63,590 bases of DNA from sequence record OR880647.1; one strand, written 5' to 3'. Shown here in pieces: positions 8,706-18,986 of this stretch. Source of the DNA: Escherichia phage ECP2304. Position numbers and translations under genes: made by a program. Every line of letters starts with the position of its first letter. Positions within the stretch are counted from its first letter, which is position 1. The notes under the pieces are model-generated. The model ran no database searches, was not told the origin of the DNA, and was given only the letters and a program-made list of their open reading frames with translations.

Positions 8706-9162
8706 CTTCTTCGGCTTTATAAAAGCTAAACCGCGTCTGTTTATCGAGTATTTGATGATCGGCGCGGTAGTGTTTTTATGCGGGGTAGCTGCCTACCTGT
8801 GGTCACAGAACGAGCTTAACAAATCAAATTTAAGTTTGGCTGAAGAACGTTTAACCGTTGTGGAGAAAGACAATGCAAAGCTGGGCGAGGCTGTTGTATT
8901 TCTTGCTGCACAAAGGGAGAAGGACACGGACTCTTTCAAGAAACTAACTTCTGCAATTCAAGATGAACAACATAACCACAAGTTGCTTCAGGACAAGTTG
9001 CAGACACTGGAGAAAAGCAATGCTGACGTCAAAGCTTATCTTAACGAGCGTATTCCTGATGATTTGCGCAGGTTGCTCGACGCAAACTCAACCTCCTCCA
9101 GCTCCACAGATAGTGAAGGTAAGACTACCCGCACATCTACTGGTGGAATGTCGGGAAGTTGA
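8686..9162 (+). CDS. i-spanin (Rz-like)
   Basis: N-terminal TM helix then coiled-coil; o-spanin embedded in +1 frame. Confidence 0.65.
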   Translation: MKMILNNFFGFIKAKPRLFIEYLMIGAVVFLCGVAAYLWSQNELNKSNLSLAEERLTVVEKDNAKLGEAVVFLAAQREKDTDSFKKLTSAIQDEQHNHKLLQDKLQTLEKSNADVKAYLNERIPDDLRRLLDANSTSSSSTDSEGKTTRTSTGGMSGS

Positions 9163-9325
9163 GAAAATTCCTTTGGTTTACACAAGAGATATTATCCGAC
9201 GTTTACAGGATACAGAAACTGCTCTGACTGAATGTAAGCTAAGGGTTAAGGAAATCATACGCTATGAAGCTGAAAATGTTTCGCTTGATTTTGTAGGATC
9301 AAGCAATTATATTCAGCCTAAATAG
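9020..9325 (+). CDS. o-spanin (Rz1-like outer-membrane lipoprotein)
   Basis: ATG 9020 in alternative frame of i-spanin; signal-like MLTSKLILTSVFLMICAGC with lipobox-like Cys followed by Pro-rich STQTQPPPAPQ. Confidence 0.6.
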   Translation: MLTSKLILTSVFLMICAGCSTQTQPPPAPQIVKVRLPAHLLVECREVEKIPLVYTRDIIRRLQDTETALTECKLRVKEIIRYEAENVSLDFVGSSNYIQPK

Positions 9326-9345
9326 CAATAAGAAGGGGAGCTTCC

Positions 9346-9903
9346 ATGAACGGGGCAAGTCAAGAGCAATATGATCGTGACTGGACGAACTATATCCAGT
9401 ATGCAAATAGCTTGTCCGCTGACGAGATGGCAATACGTGACAAAGTTGTTGCTGAGTATATGTTCGACTACAATTGGACTAACGCTTGCATGAGATGCGG
9501 GTTCAATGCTATGTTTGCACAGGAGCTTGGCCAACGCTTTGCCACGGACTGTTACGTTCGATGGAAGCTCAAGGAGATTGAAAGATCCCGTGTTCAACGT
9601 ACTTCTGAGCAAGCTAACATTGAAGCAGACCTAGAGCGTCAGCATATCATTGAAGCATTAAAACGTGAAGCTCATTATACAGGACCGGGATCTTCTCAAG
9701 CTGCTAGAGTAGCCGCATTGGGCAAGCTTGCACAAATTTATGATTTGGATGCGCCCAAGAAGGCTAAAATTGATGTTACTAACAGAGGCGGCGTAATGAT
9801 AGTCCCTGCTGTAGCAAATATTGACGAATGGGAAAAAAATGCATCCGAGTCTCAACAACGACTAGTTAAAGAGACTGAAGATGGAGCTAAACCGACAACC
9901 TGA
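9346..9903 (+). CDS. putative terminase small subunit
   Basis: 185-aa ORF immediately upstream of and overlapping terminase large subunit. Confidence 0.45.
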   Translation: MNGASQEQYDRDWTNYIQYANSLSADEMAIRDKVVAEYMFDYNWTNACMRCGFNAMFAQELGQRFATDCYVRWKLKEIERSRVQRTSEQANIEADLERQHIIEALKREAHYTGPGSSQAARVAALGKLAQIYDLDAPKKAKIDVTNRGGVMIVPAVANIDEWEKNASESQQRLVKETEDGAKPTT

Positions 9904-11440
9904 TAACATGCCGCGAGTAGTCTGGAAGCCACATCCAGGTTCACAGACGCTCGCTTTATCCTGTCCTGCTGATATCATTTTATACCACGGTACTCGCGGT
10001 CCTGGAAAGACGGACTGCCAGCTTATGCGTTTCCGTAAGAATGTTGGCGTAGGGTACGGTAAATTCTGGAAGGGTATTATATTCGATCGTGAATATAAAA
10101 ACCTTGATGACCTTGTAACCAAATCACAGCGTTGGTTCCCTGAATTTAAAGATGGTGCTAAATTCCTTAGCTCGAAGTCTGATTATAAATGGGTTTGGCC
10201 CACTGGGGAAGAATTGCTGTTCCGTGTTGCTTGCAAAGAAAAGGATTATTGGTCTTATCATGGTCACGAATACCCGTTTATCGGATGGAACGAATTAACA
10301 AAGTATCCGGACGGGCGTTTGTTTGAAGCAATGATGTCCTGTAACCGTTCATCATTCCTACCCGAAGATAATCCAATTATCAATCCGGACGGTACTGTCA
10401 CATATCTACCAGACATTCCTCTGGAAGTATTTGCTACCAGTAACCCGTTTGGTGCGGGGCATAACTGGGTTAAGAAACGCTTCATTGATGCTGCACCGAT
10501 GGGTAAGATACTCAGGAAAACTACGCGAGTGTTTAACCCGCGGACGCAGAAAGAGGAAGATGTGGTTACGACGCAATGTCATATCTTCGGATCTTACCGC
10601 GAGAACAAAAACCTGAGCCCGAAATATATTGCAGAGCTTATGTCCATCACAGACCCGAACAAACGAGCTGCATGGTTAGGCGGTAGCTGGGATATCACCT
10701 CCGGCGGTATGTTCGATGATCTGTGGCGTAGCACTGTTCATAAAATACGCCCATTCCCAATCCCATCAAGCTGGAAGATTACACGCTCTTTCGACTGGGG
10801 TTCTTCAAAACCATTCTCCGTTGGCTGGTGGGCTATTAGTGACGGTTCGGATGTTGTACGTGAGGATGGTACTACATTCTCTACTGTTCGCGGTGACTTA
10901 TTCCGTATTAACGAGTGGTACGGCACTAACGGTAAAACAAACGAAGGCCTACATTTGCTGGACTCAGAGATTGCAAGCGGTATACTGGAGCGGGAATTGG
11001 CCTGGGCTATACACGACCGTGTAGTTCCTGGACCTGCGGATAACTCTATTTGGGATCTGGAGAACAATAACTCTACCGCCGCAACAATGGCGAAGAAAAT
11101 CCGTCTTAACGGCAAGCTGTATAACGGCATCCATTGGAAGAGAAGTGATAAATCCGCTGGGTCGCGTAAACGCGGATGGCAGAAAATGCGTGAGTTTCTT
11201 AAAGCTGCATTGCGGGAAGATGCAAACGGTAAACCTTTGCCGGGGCCACGTGAAAATCCAGCAATGTATGTTTTCGATAACTGCAATTATTTCTTTGAAC
11301 TGGTTCCAAGTCTTCCGCGTGATGAAGTAGATCAGGACGACGTTGATACGGAATGTGAAGACCATATGGGCGATGAAGTACGTTATATGGTTCTGGATCA
11401 AGCTGTTTATACTGGTGTCGGTAGAACTATCGGTATTTAA
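9881..11440 (+). CDS. terminase large subunit
   Basis: Walker A-like GTRGPGKTD; about 519 aa; upstream of portal; alternative ATG at 9908. Confidence 0.8.
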   Translation: MELNRQPDNMPRVVWKPHPGSQTLALSCPADIILYHGTRGPGKTDCQLMRFRKNVGVGYGKFWKGIIFDREYKNLDDLVTKSQRWFPEFKDGAKFLSSKSDYKWVWPTGEELLFRVACKEKDYWSYHGHEYPFIGWNELTKYPDGRLFEAMMSCNRSSFLPEDNPIINPDGTVTYLPDIPLEVFATSNPFGAGHNWVKKRFIDAAPMGKILRKTTRVFNPRTQKEEDVVTTQCHIFGSYRENKNLSPKYIAELMSITDPNKRAAWLGGSWDITSGGMFDDLWRSTVHKIRPFPIPSSWKITRSFDWGSSKPFSVGWWAISDGSDVVREDGTTFSTVRGDLFRINEWYGTNGKTNEGLHLLDSEIASGILERELAWAIHDRVVPGPADNSIWDLENNNSTAATMAKKIRLNGKLYNGIHWKRSDKSAGSRKRGWQKMREFLKAALREDANGKPLPGPRENPAMYVFDNCNYFFELVPSLPRDEVDQDDVDTECEDHMGDEVRYMVLDQAVYTGVGRTIGI

Positions 11441-11451
11441 CTGGAGGGTAT

Positions 11452-12948
11452 ATGGGTATTGATGCAACTCACCCGCTATATGACAAGTGGAAGGATGCAT
11501 GGGTTAAGTGCAACGACTGCTATGAGGGTGAAGATAAAATTAAGGAAGAAGGTGTTAAATATCTGCCACCTTTAGCTTCTATGATTATTGATGGGATGAA
11601 TAATCCTAATGATTTGGGCTTTCAACGTTGGCTCGCTTATCGTCTGCGTGCCAACTTCCCTGACGATTATTCAAGTGCTGTTACAAACAATTTAGGTCTG
11701 CTGCACCAGAAGCCGCCTACTATCCAGCTTCCTCCTGAAATGGAGTACATGCGGGGGCGGTGTACTGCGGATGGTGAAGACATTATTGCTCTGCTACGTC
11801 GCATCAACGAAATGCAGTTAAAAAATGGACGTTTGGGCCTGCTGCTGGACTTACCAAAAGGTGAGGATGTAAATAACAGACCTTATATTAGCGTTTATGA
11901 TGCTTTATCCATTATCAACTGGGATGACGGTAAAGATGAATTAGGCAATATCAACTTGAACATGGTTGTTCTGGATGAAAGCGGTCCTGTACGTGTCAAT
12001 CAGTTTGACTGGAAAGAAGAGAAGCGTTATCGCGTCCTGCAATTAGGTCCGATGGACACAGATGAAGTTGCAGGTGGGGCGGTCTACTCCCAGCATTTAT
12101 TTATCAACAATACCAATTATGATGAAGGGCAAATGATTGCTCCTTATTATAAAGGTAAGACGCTGGACGAAATACCTTTCCAGTTTGTTAATACAACAGA
12201 TATTACCCCAGCACCGGAAGCGCCTCCATTGTTGGGGCTAGCTAACATCTGCTTAAGCATGTACCGAAGTGACGCTGATTACCGTCAAAGTCTGCATATG
12301 CAAGGTCAGGACACGTTAGTTGTTGTTGGTGGCTCGGGCGAGAATGGGGATAAAGCCCCTCAACGTATTGGTCCTGGTGCGGTGATTAACGTTGCTCTTG
12401 GGGGTGACGCTAAATATGTAGGCGTTAGCGGCGATGGTTTGTCCGAGCAACGCCTTGCATTGGCAGCGGATAAGCAGGAAGCTCAGATTAAAGCTGGGCA
12501 GATGGTAAACAACACCAAGAGCACGCAGGAATCAGGCGAAGCTATGAAAACGCGTATTGCTGCGCGTACCGCTAGCCTGATTCGAATTGCATATACTGGT
12601 GCGGCAGGTTTGGAAAACTTGCTGAAGGTCTGCGCTAAATGGATGGGTGCTGATCCAGAGAAAGTTGTGGTTAAGCCTAATCTTGAATTTACCAAGAGTA
12701 TGTTCAATGGTCAGGACTTTGTTCAAATTATTACTGCACGCAACCTTAAGGCTCCGATCAGCTTGCAGTCTATTCATGGCTGGCTTGTTGATCAGGGCTT
12801 AACCACATTAAGCTTTGAAGAAGAAATGGCAATTCTTGAAGAAGAGCTTAAGAAGTGGCCTCTGCCCGATGATGCTAAAGCTGATTTAAACGCAGAGCAG
12901 CAAGTAAACAAAGATCCTAAGGAAGACAACGCTTCCGATAAAGAATAG
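11452..12948 (+). CDS. portal protein
   Basis: 498-aa ORF directly after terminase, before scaffold and capsid. Confidence 0.6.
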   Translation: MGIDATHPLYDKWKDAWVKCNDCYEGEDKIKEEGVKYLPPLASMIIDGMNNPNDLGFQRWLAYRLRANFPDDYSSAVTNNLGLLHQKPPTIQLPPEMEYMRGRCTADGEDIIALLRRINEMQLKNGRLGLLLDLPKGEDVNNRPYISVYDALSIINWDDGKDELGNINLNMVVLDESGPVRVNQFDWKEEKRYRVLQLGPMDTDEVAGGAVYSQHLFINNTNYDEGQMIAPYYKGKTLDEIPFQFVNTTDITPAPEAPPLLGLANICLSMYRSDADYRQSLHMQGQDTLVVVGGSGENGDKAPQRIGPGAVINVALGGDAKYVGVSGDGLSEQRLALAADKQEAQIKAGQMVNNTKSTQESGEAMKTRIAARTASLIRIAYTGAAGLENLLKVCAKWMGADPEKVVVKPNLEFTKSMFNGQDFVQIITARNLKAPISLQSIHGWLVDQGLTTLSFEEEMAILEEELKKWPLPDDAKADLNAEQQVNKDPKEDNASDKE

Positions 12949-13043
12949 TTGCAACTTCCAAATTGATTGGTCTATATTAACGAACACGGGGCTGGAACGG
13001 CTCAGCCCCAAAAACGTCACACGGGTGACAACGGAGATAAGAA

Positions 13044-13916
13044 ATGAAAAAGAGTTCTGTAGCTATTAGTGTTGGTTTTGCTCTAATTAATCCACGCGCT
13101 CGCGGTGAAGGTGATGTGGAATTGCAATACGAGTATGCATCTGCGGAAGAGATCCCGGCAGAGTTTGCTGCTCTTTACGCAGAGCAGGGTGGTAAATACG
13201 TTCTTGCAAAAGTTAAAGGTGTAGCCCCTGCTGATAGCGTTCGTCGTCTGGAAAGTGCATTAGCAAAAGAACGTAACGATCATCGTCAGGTGAAACAACA
13301 AATTAGCGCACTTGGGCGTCCGGTTGAAGAAGTTCTTGCAGACCTTGATCGTATCCCTCAACTGGAAGCTGCCGCTAACGGTAAGGGTACTCCGGAAGAC
13401 ATTGAGAAGATGATTAAAGCCCGTCTTGCGCCGCTCGAGCGTCAATTGCAAACTGTAGCAGCCGAACGCGATTCCGTTAAACAGGAAATTGAAGGCTACC
13501 GCACTCGCGAAACTAAAGCGAAGATTAAAGATGCAGTTATTGCCGCTGCTTCTGGTGCTAAATTGCGTCCATCTGCTATCGAAGACGCTGTAACTTATGC
13601 ACAGTTGCAGATGACCGTCGACGAGAACGGCAATGTGGTTACGAAAGATGGTGCTGGTGTTACCCCGTATCTAACTCCGGCGGATTGGCTTAACGAAATC
13701 CTTCCGAAGCGTCCGCACTGGGTTGAAGGATCTGCTGGTGGCGGTGCATCTGGTCCGGGCGCTGGCGGCCATCACGGTGAAGACCCATACAGTCACGACG
13801 GTTGGAACATCTCTAAGCAGATGAATCTATGGAAAACTAATCAATCTTTAGCTAAACGCTTAGCTGAAAAGAATGGCGTAGATCCGTTGAAGCCTGTACG
13901 TCCTGCTAAGAAATAA
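13044..13916 (+). CDS. putative scaffolding protein
   Basis: Coiled-coil-rich, charged 290-aa protein between portal and major capsid. Confidence 0.5.
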   Translation: MKKSSVAISVGFALINPRARGEGDVELQYEYASAEEIPAEFAALYAEQGGKYVLAKVKGVAPADSVRRLESALAKERNDHRQVKQQISALGRPVEEVLADLDRIPQLEAAANGKGTPEDIEKMIKARLAPLERQLQTVAAERDSVKQEIEGYRTRETKAKIKDAVIAAASGAKLRPSAIEDAVTYAQLQMTVDENGNVVTKDGAGVTPYLTPADWLNEILPKRPHWVEGSAGGGASGPGAGGHHGEDPYSHDGWNISKQMNLWKTNQSLAKRLAEKNGVDPLKPVRPAKK

Positions 13917-13917
13917 G

Positions 13918-13946
13918 TTGACATCCCGACGTCCCTGATGTTAAGT
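13918..13946 (+). promoter_or_regulatory. sigma70-like promoter upstream of major capsid gene
   Basis: TTGACA (13918-13923), 17-nt spacer, TTAAGT (13941-13946); inverted repeat CCCTGATG/CATCAGGG (13933-13961) overlaps -10. Confidence 0.4.
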
Positions 13947-14038
13947 TTCAACACATCAGGGACACGGGTTCCTAAACAGCCTTCCACGGGGAAAGGCTAC
14001 CAACAGTAAACAAATCAATCCTTTTCCTGGAGACAAGT

Positions 14039-15100
14039 ATGTCTAAATCGAAAATTATTCTACCATTTGGTCGTGGTGACAGTGACCTGACTCGTTTGGC
14101 TGACGTGATCGTCCCTGAAATCTTTACAGGATATGTTCAAACTCAGACTGCTGAACTGTCTGCGCTGATCCAGTCAGGTGCGGTTGTGATGGATGAACGT
14201 CTGTCTGCCAACCTTGCTGGTGCTGGTTTGACTTTTAACGAGCCGTTCTACAATGACCTGAAAGACGAAGACGAAGATATTGCGATCGATAAAGGTGCTC
14301 CGTCCAAACCGTCAAACATCACTACCGGATCTGAAGTTCAGGTTCGTATGAGTCGTTCGAAATCCTGGGGTTCTGCGGATCTGGTATCAGCTTTGATCGG
14401 TAACGACCCAATGACCGCTATTGGCAACCGCGTTTCTGCATGGTGGGTTCGCCGTCTTCAGGCTGCTTATATTGCAACATGGAAAGGTGTGTTTGCTAAT
14501 GCCAAGAAATCCCATTCGGACGATCTGACGTTCGATATTTCCGGTTCTTCATTTGTAAACAACCAGACCAACTTTACCGCGTCTAACTTCATCAACGCAA
14601 CTGCAACGATGGGTGATGCTGCTCGCGGCCTGACCATGATTATGGTACACTCTACCGTTCGTAACCGTATGCGTCAGTTGAACCTGATCGACTTCATTCC
14701 GGATGCTCGCGGTGAAACTCAGTTTGAGTATTATCAGGGTCTGCGTATTATTGAAGACGACTCCATGCCACATGATCCGGCTACTGGTGTCTTCGAAAGC
14801 TGGCTGTTCGGTCCGGGCGCCACTGCAATGGGTGCTGGTTCACCGAAAGTTCCGACCGCTGTGGTTCGTGACGAAGCTGCTAACAATGGCGCTGGTGAAG
14901 AAGTTCTTCACAACCGTGTTGAATGGATTCTGCATCCGGTCGGTCATGCTTGGGCTGCTGCTCAAACTGCTAAAGGTGGTCCGTCTAATGCTGCTACCAC
15001 CAACAACCTGGCCCATGAAGATTCCTGGCGTCGTGCGTTCCCTGAGCGCAAGCAGCTTAAAGTTGCTCGCCTGATCACTCGTGAGTATCAGGGTTCCTAA
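14039..15100 (+). CDS. major capsid protein
   Basis: 353-aa ORF after scaffold; biased codon usage; followed by strong terminator. Confidence 0.7.
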   Translation: MSKSKIILPFGRGDSDLTRLADVIVPEIFTGYVQTQTAELSALIQSGAVVMDERLSANLAGAGLTFNEPFYNDLKDEDEDIAIDKGAPSKPSNITTGSEVQVRMSRSKSWGSADLVSALIGNDPMTAIGNRVSAWWVRRLQAAYIATWKGVFANAKKSHSDDLTFDISGSSFVNNQTNFTASNFINATATMGDAARGLTMIMVHSTVRNRMRQLNLIDFIPDARGETQFEYYQGLRIIEDDSMPHDPATGVFESWLFGPGATAMGAGSPKVPTAVVRDEAANNGAGEEVLHNRVEWILHPVGHAWAAAQTAKGGPSNAATTNNLAHEDSWRRAFPERKQLKVARLITREYQGS

Positions 15101-15131
15101 GGCTTCACTCAACGCCGCGCTGTAGTATTTT

Positions 15132-15157
15132 GGGGACATTTATGTCCCCTCTTTTTT
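15132..15157 (+). terminator. rho-independent terminator after capsid gene
   Basis: GGGGAC-ATTTAT-GTCCCC hairpin followed by TCTTTTTT. Confidence 0.7.
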
Positions 15158-15169
15158 AGGAGAACAACC

Positions 15170-15493
15170 ATGCGTTATCAACGTTATGAACGACATGACT
15201 TGATGGAAAAATCGTTGCAGGTGGAGCCAATTTCGATTACTCTTGATCCTGCTAAGATTGACACCACAACTTCAGAAGTAAAGACGGTTACTGTTAAAAT
15301 AAACTTTGTCCCAGGCGGAACTACAAACAAAGCGTATAGCGCGTCAGTTGACGGTTCCTCTGCTACAATTAAAGACAACGGGGACGGTACAATTACCGTG
15401 ACCACAACCGAAAGCAGTGGTACTTCAAACTTGACAGTAACGTCCAAGGCAAAGGATAGTGTTACTGGTAAATGTGTTATTAATGTGACCTAA
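15170..15493 (+). CDS. Ig-like domain protein (possible head decoration protein)
   Basis: Thr/Ser/Val-rich beta pattern typical of bacterial Ig-like domains; directly after capsid gene. Confidence 0.45.
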   Translation: MRYQRYERHDLMEKSLQVEPISITLDPAKIDTTTSEVKTVTVKINFVPGGTTNKAYSASVDGSSATIKDNGDGTITVTTTESSGTSNLTVTSKAKDSVTGKCVINVT

Positions 15494-15509
15494 AAATAAG
15501 GATTAAACA

Positions 15510-16163
15510 ATGAAGACATTAATTGAAGCATTGTTAGAACTTGATCCGGATAACCCGAATCATTGGACTAGCGACGGTCTACCTAAAGTTGACGCTCTGC
15601 GTTTCGCTACCGCTAACCCGTCTTTAACCCGCGACGATATTACAACTGCTGCTCCGATGTTTACCCGCGATAACCGCGTGCTGGAAGAGCCAGAGCCAGC
15701 GGAACCTGTTAAATCTGCTGATCCAGTTTTACATGAAGCTGTCAAACAGGAGAAAGCTCATGAAGAACAAAAGAAAGTCGCGGTTGCAACGATGCAAATC
15801 GAAGTTAAGATTAGCGAAGCACTGCGTGCTCTTCTGGAGCCGGAAAAAATCGGTGACACTTCCAGCTTAACCGATGAAGAACTGAAAGCAAAGCGTGAAA
15901 AGCTTAGCAATGTGGTTAAAGAGATTGCTGACACTAAGCACGCGCTGGAGCTTGCTATTGCCGACGTTCAAGCGGATCTGGATAAGATTATCGTTGAGCA
16001 GGAAAGTCGTCGTCCTAAGTCCGGTCTTACTGCAACTCAGATGTATCTTGAGGCGCAGAAAAAACGTAAACCGGAAGACATGCTTTCTGACCATCGCTTC
16101 CAGAACCCTATTGACGATCCGGTCGCCCGTATGGTTGCACGTAATATGATGCGTCGAGGTTAA
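15510..16163 (+). CDS. hypothetical structural-module protein (217 aa)
   Basis: Position in head module. Confidence 0.5.
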   Translation: MKTLIEALLELDPDNPNHWTSDGLPKVDALRFATANPSLTRDDITTAAPMFTRDNRVLEEPEPAEPVKSADPVLHEAVKQEKAHEEQKKVAVATMQIEVKISEALRALLEPEKIGDTSSLTDEELKAKREKLSNVVKEIADTKHALELAIADVQADLDKIIVEQESRRPKSGLTATQMYLEAQKKRKPEDMLSDHRFQNPIDDPVARMVARNMMRRG

Positions 16164-16165
16164 TT

Positions 16166-16324
16166 ATGGAAATGAGCCATAGACAATATGTGTTGTGGCT
16201 CCTCCGACGTAATAGAAAACGGCGTCAAGAAGACGCCGTTTCTGTTCCTGAAGAAGAGCTCCCGCCACTTATCCCTACAACCATCGCAATGAGGAAGAAA
16301 GATGGAGATTCCACTGATAGTTGA
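16166..16324 (+). CDS. small basic hypothetical protein (52 aa)
   Basis: ATG after GAGG; overlaps next gene start by 23 nt; weak. Confidence 0.25.
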   Translation: MEMSHRQYVLWLLRRNRKRRQEDAVSVPEEELPPLIPTTIAMRKKDGDSTDS

Positions 16325-16808
16325 AGATGGTACTGGTGTACCGGATGCCAATAGCTATATTACCATTGAACAAGCTCGAACGTATGCAGCAATGCGAGGT
16401 ATTGTTCTTCCAAGTGATGATGAAGATTTAAAGACAAAGATCTTCGACGCTATGGATTTTGTGGAAGGATACGGTCAACGGTTTAAGGGTTACAAAATGG
16501 ACCCACAGCAACCGCTAAATTGGCCACGCTACGGGGTGTTTGTGGATGGGTTCGAGCTACCCCAAAGCCCTTTACCAAAGGCGCTTATAAACGCGGTTTG
16601 CCAGCTTACAGCGGACTCTGCATCTGGCGGTCCTCTTAACGGTAAAACTACAGCATATGCAGTCAAAAGAACTAAAGTGGAAGGGCTTGAGATTGAATAT
16701 GCAACTGGTAGTACCGCGCAATCCGGACCAGCAAAGACTTACGATAAAGCAATGACGTTTTTATCACCTTTGCTGGGTTATCAAATGGGTAACAGATTAA
16801 TACGGTGA
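16302..16808 (+). CDS. putative head-tail connector/adaptor protein
   Basis: Position between head and tail modules; 168 aa. Confidence 0.4.
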   Translation: MEIPLIVEDGTGVPDANSYITIEQARTYAAMRGIVLPSDDEDLKTKIFDAMDFVEGYGQRFKGYKMDPQQPLNWPRYGVFVDGFELPQSPLPKALINAVCQLTADSASGGPLNGKTTAYAVKRTKVEGLEIEYATGSTAQSGPAKTYDKAMTFLSPLLGYQMGNRLIR

Positions 16809-16811
16809 TTT

Positions 16812-17192
16812 ATGAGCTTTCCTTATGAGCAGTTAGTTGAAGCTGCAAAGCAAATGATTAACGACGCTGGCGTGAACTGTACCCTTGTGGTTATGGAACA
16901 AGGGGAAGGCCAAGACGAGTGGGACGATCCTAGTGTTGAAAGACGCTACCCATTCATCGGAGCTTTTCTTTCTCCGAAGGAAAAAATGATCGGTGGGAGC
17001 CTTGTTGCTACTGGCGAATTGAAAGTCTTAACCTATCCAATGACTCCGCCGCTGACACGTGATAAAGCAATGACTGCACGCATTGAGCGCATGTCTCCCG
17101 ACGGTGAGTTGGAAGTATGGACAATTAACGAGTTCGTTGATACAAGACCTGCTAATGTTTCTGTTCTTTATACTTTCAAGGTGACGCGATAA
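16812..17192 (+). CDS. putative head closure protein
   Basis: Gene order only. Confidence 0.35.
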   Translation: MSFPYEQLVEAAKQMINDAGVNCTLVVMEQGEGQDEWDDPSVERRYPFIGAFLSPKEKMIGGSLVATGELKVLTYPMTPPLTRDKAMTARIERMSPDGELEVWTINEFVDTRPANVSVLYTFKVTR

Positions 17193-17599
17193 TGGGATTC
17201 GGGGCGGATATACGGCGTGCAAGTCAAAAGGTGCTTGTCCAGACTGGGGAGCAAGCCAAAAAGGTTGTTGTCAAGTTTACGGAGAACGTGATTCAGGATA
17301 CCCCTGTTAAGACAGGACGCACAAAAGGCGGTTGGCGTTCATCCATTGGTGCGCCATATGCGACGGAAACTATCCGCCTCGATCCTACTGGGGAATTAGC
17401 TAAAGCGGAAGCTAGGGTTATCGTAAGACAGTTGCCAGATGATAAAGACTGGACTTTCTACTTTAGCAACTTAACCCCGTATGCTCCGAAACTTGAATAT
17501 CTTGGTTGGTCGCAGCAAGCGCCAAATGGCATGGTGCGTATTAACGTAGCGAAGCTCCCAATGTTGATACGCCAAGCTATTGTAGAAGGAAAACTATAA
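17192..17599 (+). CDS. neck/tail completion protein (HK97 gp10-like)
   Basis: DTPVKTGRTKGGW resembles the conserved PVDTGxLR motif of HK97 gp10-like proteins. Confidence 0.45.
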   Translation: MGFGADIRRASQKVLVQTGEQAKKVVVKFTENVIQDTPVKTGRTKGGWRSSIGAPYATETIRLDPTGELAKAEARVIVRQLPDDKDWTFYFSNLTPYAPKLEYLGWSQQAPNGMVRINVAKLPMLIRQAIVEGKL

Positions 17600-18048
17600 T
17601 GCTGGGATACGATTTTATCAATGACGCATTTAATAAGATGCTACGCGAAGCCGTTGGACCGGATATAGGTATAGCGTGGAAGAACAAGAAGTTTACACCT
17701 AAAGCGAATCAGATGTGGTTAAAGGCAATCAATGCACCTGCATCCACATACGCGGCAACGTTAGGTGACAACGGTCTGAATGAAATTCCAGGATTCTATC
17801 AAGTCACAGTGTACAGTCCGTTAAACACTGGAACATCTAAACAGAATCAAATCTTGGATTCCATTCGGAAAAAGTTTAAACTGGGCTTGCGTATCCCGTG
17901 CCCGGATGACCACACGATACGAATTGTCAGCTTAGACTTTTCGCAGGGTGGACAAACTTCGCTGAATGATTTTACCAAAGGCGGGGTTGAAGACAACTGG
18001 GACGTTAACTTTATTACAATCTATTGGTCGGCTCGTGAGCCGAGGTAA
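17599..18048 (+). CDS. putative tail terminator protein
   Basis: Gene order, directly upstream of major tail protein. Confidence 0.35.
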   Translation: MLGYDFINDAFNKMLREAVGPDIGIAWKNKKFTPKANQMWLKAINAPASTYAATLGDNGLNEIPGFYQVTVYSPLNTGTSKQNQILDSIRKKFKLGLRIPCPDDHTIRIVSLDFSQGGQTSLNDFTKGGVEDNWDVNFITIYWSAREPR

Positions 18049-18062
18049 GAGAGGATCTAAAT

Positions 18063-18986
18063 ATGGCTACAGGTTCACGTTATTCGTGTTACTACGTCAA
18101 AGAAGATGTAAGCAACACAACTCCAGCGAACGCAAAGTTTACCCCGTTTCGTGTAACGAGCTCCGGTCTGGATATTAACATTGCGACGCTGGAGTCTGAA
18201 GAGTTGCGCGATGACGCAGAAACCGCAGACTTCCGTCTTGGCGCTCGAAGCGTTGAAGGTACGGTAACAGGCGAAATGTCCTTCGGTACATTTGACGACC
18301 TCATTGCGGCAGCACTGCGCGGTGAATGGCAGGACAACGTTCTTAAAGGTGGTATTGTTCGCCAGTCATTTACTTTTGTAGACTATAACGCAGATTTGCC
18401 ATCGGGTAAATACACAATCTATCGCGGTTGTGAAGTTAACAGCATGACTTTCTCATTGTCTGCTGAAAACATGACCACAGTAGAGTTCGGCATTGTTGGT
18501 CGCTCGATGGAAATTGCGGAATCGCTTCCTGCTGGTGCTACCATCAAAGCGCGTACAACTACTTCTCCGATGGACGGCTTCTCTGGTCGCTTGCTGGAAA
18601 ACAACGAAGAGATCAGCGTTATTACGGAAATCGGTCTTACCGTTGAAAACGATATCGCCCCACGCTTCGTTGTTGGCTCGAAGTTCTCCATTGAACCGTC
18701 TGCTGGTCGCCGTGCTGTAACTGGTACAGCTAACGTTTACTTCCTGGATAACAAACTGCGTATGAAGTATCTGGATGAAGTGGAAACATCAATCAAGTTT
18801 GACCTGATTGACCCGACCAATCCGGAACAGAAATACACAGTGGAAATCCCTCGCGTGAAATTCACTGAGGCTCCGCGTCCTATTGACGGTGAAGGTGATA
18901 TCATGCTTAATATGGGCTACCGCGGATTGCTGGACCCAACAACCGCAAGTTCCATCAAAATTACCCGCGTTTTAGCGGCAGAATAA
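18063..18986 (+). CDS. major tail (tube) protein
   Basis: 307-aa ORF directly upstream of G/GT chaperone and tape measure. Confidence 0.55.
   Translation: MATGSRYSCYYVKEDVSNTTPANAKFTPFRVTSSGLDINIATLESEELRDDAETADFRLGARSVEGTVTGEMSFGTFDDLIAAALRGEWQDNVLKGGIVRQSFTFVDYNADLPSGKYTIYRGCEVNSMTFSLSAENMTTVEFGIVGRSMEIAESLPAGATIKARTTTSPMDGFSGRLLENNEEISVITEIGLTVENDIAPRFVVGSKFSIEPSAGRRAVTGTANVYFLDNKLRMKYLDEVETSIKFDLIDPTNPEQKYTVEIPRVKFTEAPRPIDGEGDIMLNMGYRGLLDPTTASSIKITRVLAAE

Noticed and set aside
10738-11500. Two minus-strand ORFs (182 and 178 aa) inside the terminase large subunit gene
   Set aside because: Fully antisense to a gene with clear motifs; no RBS.
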